A stretch of DNA of 32,000 nucleotides, taken from the NCBI GenBank assembly GCA_963662715.1, contig OY759724.1, forward strand, positions 840,001 through 872,000, written 5' to 3'. Each line of letters starts with the position of its first letter. The first letter of the stretch is position 1. The DNA is from Candidatus Omnitrophota bacterium. Its GTDB lineage: Bacteria; Omnitrophota; Gorgyraeia; Zapsychrales; JANLHA01. Shown here one piece after another: positions 25,783-32,000 of this stretch. The position numbers and the translations under genes were made by a program. Under the pieces are notes generated by a model. It was not told the DNA's origin. It saw only the letters and a program-made list of their open reading frames with translations, and ran no database searches.

Positions 25783-26496
25783 TTACACCTCCATCTCTTC
25801 TCCCACTTTTAATTCTAAACAGTTTTCCTGATAAGCCTCCCGGAACAAATGCTCGGCCTCTGTTCCGCAGCAATGCGTCGGCCCCACCTTTTGAATTCCC
25901 AGCTTAGAGAAATGCTGAATGATGGCCTGAATCCTCCGCTGGGTTTTATCCATCAGGTGAAAACCGCCCAATACGGCATAAACCTGTCTGTCCGTAAAAG
26001 TCTGCCGGACCCTTTCCACCATATCCAGGATATGCGGATGGGCGCATCCGGTAATGACCGTGAGCCCCTTCTCCGTATCTATGACCACAGCCTGTTCCGA
26101 AATATTCTTTTCCTTATACGTCCCGACCATTTCTCCGGTAACATAAATATTATCTTTAATCCTGCAAAAACCGCTGTTTTCCCTGACGTGCCCCTTAAGG
26201 GATACGATTCGCTGCTTTAACTCTTTGCTGAAACCCGGACAAATGTAAACATCAAGCCCGGGACGTCTTTTTAAGACTTCCTCCAGTCCTCCCGTATGAT
26301 CCCAATGATCATGAGAAATAACAGCCGCTTCCAGAAGATCCATATCTACGCCCAGCTCCTCTAAATTCCTGGAGAGATACAGCGCCTTTTCTCCCGTGTC
26401 AAACAGCACCTGTCCGCTGACAAGACAGGAAAACCCCCACCCGGTGGCAAGGTCTTTCCGGACAGCATGGCTGTTGAAAAGTATCTGTATTTTCAT
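25783..26496 (-). CDS. MBL-fold metallo-hydrolase (COG1237-like)
   Basis: 237 aa. It carries GWGFSCLV...VLFDTG and HDHWDHTGG. Confidence 0.8.
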   Translation of the reverse strand: MKIQILFNSHAVRKDLATGWGFSCLVSGQVLFDTGEKALYLSRNLEELGVDMDLLEAAVISHDHWDHTGGLEEVLKRRPGLDVYICPGFSKELKQRIVSLKGHVRENSGFCRIKDNIYVTGEMVGTYKEKNISEQAVVIDTEKGLTVITGCAHPHILDMVERVRQTFTDRQVYAVLGGFHLMDKTQRRIQAIIQHFSKLGIQKVGPTHCCGTEAEHLFREAYQENCLELKVGEEMEV

Positions 26497-26501
26497 GGTT
26501 T

Positions 26502-27362
26502 TTACCCCTTCATGAGAACAACATCACCGACGTGAGCGTTGGCATGCCGGGCAATTAACGGACATTTGGCCCTGAAAAGATAAAAGATCTCTCTTTTCTC
26601 ATCATTTAACGCCTCATAATTGCCCTGCCCCTTGCTGATGACCATATCGGCGCCCTTAAACAATTTTACAAATTCCGGCGAACAGTACTTCAGGATCGTT
26701 CCGGGGGCGTCCACCCCGCTGGAGATCAGCCGAGTCCTTCCTTCAAGCCCGCAGACACGGGCGTCTTCAAGAAGGGCATCGTTAATAACAGGTTTGTCTC
26801 TTACGGCAAAGATAATCTCTTTGTCTTCCGGGATTTCTTCAATGAACACCCGGTCAAAAACAATTTCCCCGGCGTTATCCGCCAGATAAAGGATTTGCCT
26901 GGCCTGTGATAATGCTTTTTTAAACTCGGCATAAGCAAATACCGTCCTGCCGACACTCGCAAACTCTTCTTGGAAAAGTTTTTCAATTTCTTCCTCTATA
27001 TTCAAAGTATTCTTAGCGGCATAATCAATGACATTCCCGGCGATCGCTATTTCAACAGCCGTAAGCAACCGGTCCGTTGAATTAAGGACTTTCTCTTTCA
27101 ATTTGGGATACAACTCAAGCGCCATCTTATTGCTGCGATCTTTGACCTGTTTATAAAAATCTCTTTCCCCCATCTGTTTTTCCATCACTTTGTGGATCAT
27201 CCGGGCCATTTCCGGAGGCGTGCACCCCAAAGAAAAGTCCGGAATGATTTTGGCGACTTCATCCACAATTTTTTTGTGCCGGATCTCGTTGCCGGTCACC
27301 ATATGGGCCATTTCAATGGCCTGTTTCATAAAACAAGGTATACATTCTAAATATGTCCTCAT
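26502..27362 (-). CDS. DUF89 (ARMT1-like damage-control phosphatase) family protein
   Basis: MRTYLECIPCFMKQA, LADNAGEIVFD and KGQGNYEAL are family hallmarks. The start is uncertain (27362, 27368 or 27398). I chose 27362 because of the AAGGA SD spacing. Confidence 0.75.
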   Translation of the reverse strand: MRTYLECIPCFMKQAIEMAHMVTGNEIRHKKIVDEVAKIIPDFSLGCTPPEMARMIHKVMEKQMGERDFYKQVKDRSNKMALELYPKLKEKVLNSTDRLLTAVEIAIAGNVIDYAAKNTLNIEEEIEKLFQEEFASVGRTVFAYAEFKKALSQARQILYLADNAGEIVFDRVFIEEIPEDKEIIFAVRDKPVINDALLEDARVCGLEGRTRLISSGVDAPGTILKYCSPEFVKLFKGADMVISKGQGNYEALNDEKREIFYLFRAKCPLIARHANAHVGDVVLMKG

Positions 27363-27382
27363 GCTCATCCTTTCCTTCATTT

Positions 27383-28117
27383 TCATTGTGTAAAACAAAC
27401 TCTTTGAAGTCCCCGCCAGTAAGCCACCCCGGCGATCGTGACGCCGTAAAAAACAACCTTTTGGGAAGATCCGGCCGCAGCGACAATTTCATCAATACTC
27501 CCGTTAACCACCGTGGACCCCGTGGCTAAAACAATGTCTGCCCATTGGACGGCATCTTTCATATCTTTTTGCCCGTCTAAAATTGGGACATCATATTTCA
27601 CCTGCCCGATATTCCCGGTATCCAGATCCAGGATCTTTAAGGAATAATGTTGAGCAAAGGCTTCGGCCAAGGCCGGCTGAAAGCCCACAAAGGTGATATT
27701 TTTTATTCCGGGGAAATCCTGCTGTACGTATTCCACACACTGCCTGGCACATTCTTGCGGCTGTTGGTCTTTACAATGAACCGTATTATGGACAAACCCC
27801 CCGTACTTTGACAGGGCATTAATGGTCGCTACCAGCAAGGCTCTTCGATAATTATTGTTAAGCGGCATACGGAACAATTCTGCTACCCGGCCTTCAAAAC
27901 CTCCGTACATATCCGTGAAAGCGTGACCTAAACAGCCTCTGAAATCCGCTTCCATAATCTTTTCCCGGCCCTTGAGCAGGGGAAAATCATCGCGTTCCGG
28001 GTTGCCGATGGCTTCCTGAGCAGAAAGGACCTTGGCCCGGACGAGGATATTTTCTTCGAACAGATCTTCCTCTTTAAGGTACGACTCGACCTTGGCTTTT
28101 GCTGATGCCAGAATCAC
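27383..28117 (-). CDS. DUF4213/DUF364 (putative heavy-metal chelation, Rossmann-like) protein
   Basis: A GTG start is preceded by AGGGGG. ITFVGFQPALAEAF and DIVLATGSTVVNGSIDEI are typical of DUF364. Confidence 0.7.
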   Translation of the reverse strand: MILASAKAKVESYLKEEDLFEENILVRAKVLSAQEAIGNPERDDFPLLKGREKIMEADFRGCLGHAFTDMYGGFEGRVAELFRMPLNNNYRRALLVATINALSKYGGFVHNTVHCKDQQPQECARQCVEYVQQDFPGIKNITFVGFQPALAEAFAQHYSLKILDLDTGNIGQVKYDVPILDGQKDMKDAVQWADIVLATGSTVVNGSIDEIVAAAGSSQKVVFYGVTIAGVAYWRGLQRVCFTQ

Positions 28118-28134
28118 GGGGCCCCCTATTTCTT

Positions 28135-28153
28135 AATGAAAACCATTTTCATT
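28135..28153. promoter_or_regulatory. 8-3-8 inverted repeat AATGAAAA-cca-TTTTCATT (Fur-box-like half sites) in the Fur/DUF364 spacer
   Basis: Read directly. It shares the AATGAAAA half site with the Fur box at 28651..28664. It is AT-rich and has no U-run, so it is unlikely to be a terminator. Confidence 0.4.
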
Positions 28154-28168
28154 TAATACCAAAAAATT

Positions 28169-28630
28169 TTATTTCTCCCGGCACCTGTTACAGTAACCGT
28201 AAAATTGGATAAGATGGTCTGTTATCTGAAAATCATATTTCGCGGAAAGCCCTTTCTCTGTCCTTTGCAGAAACTGGACCTCATCTTTCATGAAATCACT
28301 GTAATCAATAATCTTCGAACATTTCTTGCAGACCAGATGATGATGGTGCCCTTTCTTGCCGTATTCATCAGCGAGTTCGTATTTTGCTTTCCCGTGACCA
28401 AATTCAAATTTCACAACCATACCCATGTCGACCAGCAACTCAAGGTTTCTGTAAACTGTCGTCAAACCGATATTCGGATAAAACTTGTGAACAGCCAGAT
28501 AAATATCTTCTGCGCTTAAATGCTCGGCGGTTTTCCCCAAGACATCCATAATGGATTGGCGGGGCTTTGTCATACGGTAACCGCAGACTTTAATTTGTCC
28601 TCTCCACTGATGCTGACAATGTCTTCTCAT
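28169..28630 (-). CDS. Fur-family metalloregulator (Fur1)
   Basis: 153 aa. It has a winged-helix N-terminal region (GYRMTKPRQSIMDVL...TVYRNLELL), a His cluster plus CxxC (HHHHLVCKKC), and a second CxxC (YCNRC). Confidence 0.88.
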   Translation of the reverse strand: MRRHCQHQWRGQIKVCGYRMTKPRQSIMDVLGKTAEHLSAEDIYLAVHKFYPNIGLTTVYRNLELLVDMGMVVKFEFGHGKAKYELADEYGKKGHHHHLVCKKCSKIIDYSDFMKDEVQFLQRTEKGLSAKYDFQITDHLIQFYGYCNRCREK

Positions 28631-28650
28631 TTCAGGCCTCTCTTATTGGG

Positions 28651-28664
28651 AATGATTTTCATTA
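28651..28664. promoter_or_regulatory. near-canonical Fur box overlapping the Fur1 transcription start region
   Basis: The minus strand reads TAATGAAAATCATT. The core of the classical consensus is TAATGATAATCATT, so there is one mismatch. The box lies immediately downstream of the predicted -10. Confidence 0.65.
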
Positions 28665-28666
28665 CC

Positions 28667-28695
28667 AAAATAAAACATTTTCGGCCGAATGTCAA
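28667..28695 (-). promoter_or_regulatory. sigma70-type promoter for Fur1 operon (TTGACA-17-TATTTT)
   Basis: The minus strand reads TTGACA ttcggccgaaaatgttt TATTTT. Confidence 0.5.
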
Positions 28696-28891
28696 CCTTA
28701 ATTTCTTACTCTTGCTCAAATAAGCGCGTTCGTTCTTAGCTCCATCAACGTCTCCTGCCGCCAATTGTTTCAATTTAGCGTCGGGATCACTTGTGATATT
28801 TAAATTTTTCCAACATGCCGGGAAATTTCCTAACGGCATAATCATAGCGGGGTTGAATAATTTTGCTTCCCCCGACTCCCTATAGGGATGG

Positions 28892-28946
28892 GAAAAAGCA
28901 ACCCCGGGGAGATGTCACGGCATTGTGTCATGTCTCCCCGGGGTTG
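28892..28946 (-). terminator. strong rho-independent terminator after the ferritin-like gene
   Basis: The minus strand reads CAACCCCGGGGAGA-(20 nt)-TCTCCCCGGGGTTG followed by CTTTTTCCC. The 14-bp stem is a perfect match. Confidence 0.85.
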
Positions 28947-28953
28947 TCGTTGA

Positions 28954-29505
28954 TTATTTAAGAAACTTTGATACAAACGGCGATGTCTCTCCCCGGCGCA
29001 GAAAATGGCCGGAAGGGCCTTCTCCAAGAAATTCGGAAAACCACGACTCATGCTCAATCTCTTCATTTAAAATAGCAAGCGCCAAGTCATAGGTCCTGTG
29101 GTCTTTGCCCGCAGTCATATTGCAGATTTCAGTATATCCCCGCACCGCACATCGTTCAGCATCCACCAGGACTTTAAGTATATCCATGGCATTCTCCGGA
29201 TTCTTAGGAAGATTCGCCGGGGGACAAGCCGAAAGATCATGAAATTCTTTCATGCAGTTCGGGAGTGTATCCCCTAGCTTATAAATACGCGGCATTAAGG
29301 CCTCAAAATGATTCCGGTCCTCAATACGCGCGGTTTCGGCAATCTCCTTAATTCCCTCCCCCTCAAGTCCGATAAGATTAGCACGCAGTATCGTGTAGTA
29401 ATAATACGTGGTCAGCTCCGCGGAGGCATTTTTAATCAATAAATTTAACAGTCTGTCCAGATCAACCCCTGATTTCTTAACCATTTCAATTGCAACTTTG
29501 GCCAT
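28954..29505 (-). CDS. ferritin-like / DPS-like (DPSL-type) protein
   Basis: 183 aa. The four-helix-bundle ferroxidase-type residues are present (ELTTYYYY, ARIEDRNHFE, ERCAVRGY, NEEIEHESW). An AAAGGAG SD is present. Confidence 0.75.
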   Translation of the reverse strand: MAKVAIEMVKKSGVDLDRLLNLLIKNASAELTTYYYYTILRANLIGLEGEGIKEIAETARIEDRNHFEALMPRIYKLGDTLPNCMKEFHDLSACPPANLPKNPENAMDILKVLVDAERCAVRGYTEICNMTAGKDHRTYDLALAILNEEIEHESWFSEFLGEGPSGHFLRRGETSPFVSKFLK

Positions 29506-29593
29506 TTAAAACTCCTTTTCGTTAAAATATTCTCAATTAACACTCAAAACTAAAATAACATTTTATACGACCTACTTTCTTGTTTTTCCTAAA

Positions 29594-29608
29594 TAGTAAT
29601 AATTACTA
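29594..29608. promoter_or_regulatory. 7-1-7 Fur-family operator TAGTAAT-a-ATTACTA upstream of the ferritin-like gene
   Basis: This is a perfect inverted repeat with the 7-1-7 architecture known for Bacillus Fur/PerR/Zur boxes. The core GTAATnATTAC is closest to the Zur-type box. Confidence 0.6.
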
Positions 29609-29626
29609 CATACATAACAAAAAAAT

Positions 29627-30067
29627 TTATGATCCGTCAGAACAATTTCGGCAAACCCCCTCCAAAACAACCCTTTTGTTCCACACAGTAAATTTTGTCT
29701 CAAATTCCGGCGGGATTTTCAAGGCATCATAGCCCGGGTTATAGAAATCAATGATCTTCTGACAACGCATACAGCGCAAATGATGATGATTTTCTGTATC
29801 CGAGTCGAAACGCTTCTTTTCCCCGTAGCCCTCAACAGGACGGATGATCCCGATTTCGGAAAAGGATAACAGCGTTCTGTACACAGTATCGAAAGAAATA
29901 TTGGGCAATATTTTTCGGACCCGTTTATAAATATCATCGGCTGAAGGATGATCCTTGGCCTTTATCAGTTCATCATAAATAATCGTACGCTGCGGCGTTA
30001 TCTTTAATCCGTTTTCAGCGCATTTATCATGAAAAATTTGTCTTTTACCTTCGGCATCTTTTTCCAT
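29627..30067 (-). CDS. Fur-family metalloregulator (Fur2; PerR/Zur/Fur type undetermined)
   Basis: 146 aa. It carries LKITPQRTIIYDEL, DTVYRTLLSF, HHHLRCMRC and VCRNC. Confidence 0.88.
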   Translation of the reverse strand: MEKDAEGKRQIFHDKCAENGLKITPQRTIIYDELIKAKDHPSADDIYKRVRKILPNISFDTVYRTLLSFSEIGIIRPVEGYGEKKRFDSDTENHHHLRCMRCQKIIDFYNPGYDALKIPPEFETKFTVWNKRVVLEGVCRNCSDGS

Positions 30068-30072
30068 AGTTT

Positions 30073-30088
30073 ATTACTATATAGTAAT
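30073..30088. promoter_or_regulatory. 7-2-7 inverted repeat ATTACTA-ta-TAGTAAT overlapping the Fur2 -10 (autoregulatory operator)
   Basis: It uses the same half sites as the box at 29594..29608, in the everted order. It lies 6 nt upstream of the Fur2 ATG. Confidence 0.55.
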
Positions 30089-30104
30089 GAATACGGCTTG
30101 TCAA
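30076..30104 (-). promoter_or_regulatory. sigma70-type promoter for Fur2 (TTGACA-17-TATAGT), predicting a leaderless or near-leaderless mRNA
   Basis: The minus strand reads TTGACA agccgtattcattacta TATAGT aataaact ATG. Only 8 nt separate the -10 from the ATG, and no SD is present. Confidence 0.55.
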
Positions 30105-30110
30105 GAACAG

Positions 30111-30220
30111 TAATAGGGACAGGCACTTTTGGGTATTAAGGTTTTCAAAAGAAAACCAATTAGGAGACAATACGATTTTTTTGACGATATATCGTCAAAA
30201 TTTTGTGCCTGTCCCTATTA
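30111..30220. repeat. 110-bp element bounded by perfect 16-bp inverted repeats (TAATAGGGACAGGCAC / GTGCCTGTCCCTATTA)
   Basis: I checked the arms base by base. The element encloses a 7-bp hairpin (30140..30157) and a 22-bp palindrome (30179..30200). Confidence 0.8.
30179..30200. repeat. perfect 22-bp palindrome TTTTGACGATATATCGTCAAAA
   Basis: I checked it base by base. It lies inside the 110-bp IR-bounded element. It is a candidate binding site for a dimeric HTH protein. Confidence 0.8.
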
Positions 30221-30226
30221 TTCAAA

Positions 30227-30481
30227 TTAACTTTTTATGAACTCATCAACTTTGGCTTGATTATCACAATAACAATCAAAACCGAAACTATATAAATGCT
30301 TGCAAGAAAAATTCATAAGCCGCATGTCATGACTATCTAACAAAATGATCTTTTCTCCGCTCGGACTCCTGCGGCCCAGCCTTTTCATCAGATAAACCAA
30401 ATCATTCTTCTCTTCGGTGCTTAACAGGCGCTTCATCTGACAGCGACATTCATTTTCATCCGGGATAAAATTTTCTTCCAT
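30227..30481 (-). CDS. hypothetical small Cys-rich protein (84 aa)
   Basis: Support comes from the ORF alone. It has CxC motifs at both ends (ECRCQ, DCYCD). There is no SD, whereas most neighbouring genes have strong ones. Confidence 0.35.
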   Translation of the reverse strand: MEENFIPDENECRCQMKRLLSTEEKNDLVYLMKRLGRRSPSGEKIILLDSHDMRLMNFSCKHLYSFGFDCYCDNQAKVDEFIKS

Positions 30482-30616
30482 GTCTTTTTTTTATAGCTTC
30501 ATCAGAACTGCGCTATAAAATCTCCTCCGTTAAACTATTCATGAATTTTGTTTTTGTGATTATTCAATATATATATCATTTGGGGATATACACAAGAGGG
30601 TAAAAAACGGCATGAA

Positions 30617-30637
30617 ATGGGTATGGAGAATACCCAT
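30617..30637 (-). terminator. possible terminator hairpin after the PAS/LuxR gene
   Basis: ATGGGTAT-ggaga-ATACCCAT (8-bp stem). On the minus strand a T-run (cgtttttt) begins about 9 nt downstream, which is suboptimal. Confidence 0.35.
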
Positions 30638-30660
30638 CAAAAGTCAGGAGAATTTTTTTA

Positions 30661-32000
30661 TTAAATCTTTTGTAAATAAGTGGTTAGGTTAATATCTTTC
30701 CGGGAAAGCCCCAGTTTTAAGCGGATATTTTTACGGTGTTTTTCAACCGTTTGGAGGGATATATTTAACAGGCTGGAAATTTCCTTGCTGGTCAGTCCGC
30801 CTTTAATCATGTCACATAACTCAATCTCCCGGGGGGTCAGTTTAAATTCCGGTTTGGTAATTTTACGGCCAAAGGAAGACGTCATGAATTTCAATTGATT
30901 TTCCACAAGACCGACATATTTTTGAGAAGCGCCTTTCATACGCATTTTTTGCAGTGTCGGGATCAAAAACTGATTTATGTTGGCAGACACATCGTCCTTC
31001 ACCCTGTTCTTTTCAATCTCAATCTGCATGATCATTTCCCGGAGGGCCATATTTTTCTGCTCCAGAGAAATTTTCTGTTCCTCTAAAATCCGGGCCGCTT
31101 CCTTTTCCGCTGTAATATCCTCAGCGACAATAATAGCGATATTTTTCCCCGGGATATCAAGCTTGATCCCGTGATTCCGAAGAACTTTGATCTCTCCGGA
31201 CTTGGTTCTAATTTCAAACTCATAATTCCTATAAACTTCTCCCTGAACAAATTTTTTGGTTAAATCCCTTTTTTCCCGAGCATCAGCAAAGACATTAAAT
31301 TCTTCAAAAGTTTTTCCAACCACTTCAGCCGGAGTATAGCCGGTAATATCACAATACGCATTATTCACATAAAGCCTGCGGTCTTCATCCAGATCAATCA
31401 GCACGGTTAAAAGCGGAGACGTCAACAAGGCCTTGGATAATTGCTCCTGGCTTTCCTGCAGATCCCGCTCCATTTTCACCCGGTCGGTAATTTCAGTGAT
31501 AACGGCAAAACTTCCGGCATAATTGTTTTCGTCATCAAATAACGGCTGCCCAGAAACAATGGCAATAACGCTGTCCCCGTCCTTTCTGACAAATCCGAGT
31601 TCATAAACGGAACTTTCCCCTTTTTTTCTTCCTGTCAAATGGCCACGGAACATTTTTCTGTATTTCTCATCAAGCAGATCAAGGATATTCTTCCCTAACA
31701 ACTCTTTTTTCGGATACCCTAACGTGTCACATAACTTCTTATTCACATACGTTATGTTCCCCCCACGGTCCAGAATGCCGAACCCTTCATTCATTGTCTC
31801 AACCAGCAGACGATTATATTTCTCGCTGGCCCGAAGTTTTTCCTCGGCCTCCTTACGCTTGGTGATATCAACCCACTGACACACAACATTTAACAGACGG
31901 CCCGCGTTATCCACAACGGGAAAAAGAGAGGCGTAAAGCCAGAGGTCGCGACCGCCCGAGAGAGAAACATGCCCGGCCTTGGCTACTTTCCAAAGAATGC
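30661..32000 (-). CDS. multi-PAS-domain transcriptional regulator with C-terminal LuxR-type HTH (5' end off window)
   Basis: The track start at 31914 is an in-frame GTG. Hand translation shows that the frame stays open to base 32000 (..FPVVDNAGRLLNVVCQWVDITKRKEAEEKL is the end of a preceding PAS domain). At least two further PAS units follow. The HTH region is LTPREIELCDMIKGGLTSKEISSLLNISLQTVEKHRKNIRLKLG. Confidence 0.85.
   Translation of the reverse strand, partial: ILWKVAKAGHVSLSGGRDLWLYASLFPVVDNAGRLLNVVCQWVDITKRKEAEEKLRASEKYNRLLVETMNEGFGILDRGGNITYVNKKLCDTLGYPKKELLGKNILDLLDEKYRKMFRGHLTGRKKGESSVYELGFVRKDGDSVIAIVSGQPLFDDENNYAGSFAVITEITDRVKMERDLQESQEQLSKALLTSPLLTVLIDLDEDRRLYVNNAYCDITGYTPAEVVGKTFEEFNVFADAREKRDLTKKFVQGEVYRNYEFEIRTKSGEIKVLRNHGIKLDIPGKNIAIIVAEDITAEKEAARILEEQKISLEQKNMALREMIMQIEIEKNRVKDDVSANINQFLIPTLQKMRMKGASQKYVGLVENQLKFMTSSFGRKITKPEFKLTPREIELCDMIKGGLTSKEISSLLNISLQTVEKHRKNIRLKLGLSRKDINLTTYLQKI

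Noticed and set aside
28627-29066. Two minus-strand ORFs (72 and 74 aa) in and around the ferritin/Fur1 spacer
   Set aside because: One spans the predicted Fur1 promoter and Fur box and overlaps the Fur1 start. The other overlaps the ferritin-like gene's 3' end and the strong terminator. Neither has an SD.
30181-30240. Tiny plus-strand TTG ORF (about 19 aa) behind an AGGAGA inside the nested-palindrome element
   Set aside because: It is too short, it starts within the palindrome, and it is on the otherwise gene-free strand. There is no supporting signal.
1-32000. Search for CRISPR repeats, tRNA/rRNA, IS elements, integrases, toxin-antitoxin pairs or known defence genes
   Set aside because: By eye, the window has no tandem direct repeats with spacers, no tRNA T-arm consensus, and no transposase-, integrase- or nuclease-type ORFs.

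Overview
All ~27 genes I can support in this 32-kb window lie on the minus strand. I found no tRNA, rRNA, CRISPR array, transposase or integrase. Reading along the minus strand (high to low coordinates), there are five parts.

(1) A PAS-domain/LuxR-HTH regulator, 5'-truncated by the window edge, followed by a small Cys-rich ORF.

(2) A Fur-family regulator plus a DPS-like ferritin, with matching TAGTAAT-type operators.

(3) A second Fur-family regulator with a near-canonical Fur box. It heads a tightly packed, partly translationally coupled block of 16 genes (28630 down to 16806). The block combines the parts list of the anaerobe-specific ORP (orange protein) clusters with other genes. The ORP-type parts are two NifX/NifB-like proteins, two MinD-type ATPases with 2x[4Fe-4S] inserts, an Mrp/NBP35 ATPase and DUF5320. 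The additions are DUF364, DUF89, a COG1237-type MBL protein, a thioredoxin-CxxC/DsbD-like membrane protein, a CoA-disulfide-reductase-like flavoprotein, a SAM methyltransferase, a radical SAM enzyme and peptide deformylase. A NifU-like scaffold and a B12-binding radical SAM gene follow.

(4) Two paralogous ~1,240-aa signal-peptide proteins. They share N- and C-terminal modules but carry different, normally cytoplasmic enzyme cores (GlpX/FBPase-II-like versus TreT/GT4-like). They bracket an RND pump plus an outer-membrane factor, and no periplasmic adaptor gene is present.

(5) A small secreted cationic peptide and a DNA-repair-type radical SAM gene that runs off the window.

The two candidate undescribed systems are the mosaic-giant/adaptor-less pump locus and the Fur-controlled expanded ORP-like metallocluster block. 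The gene content suggests a Gram-negative-type anaerobe. My recollection that WVNLSPYE/GGIDLN-type modules are common in Omnitrophota-like uncultivated lineages is unverified. All family assignments come from motif recognition by eye, not from searches.
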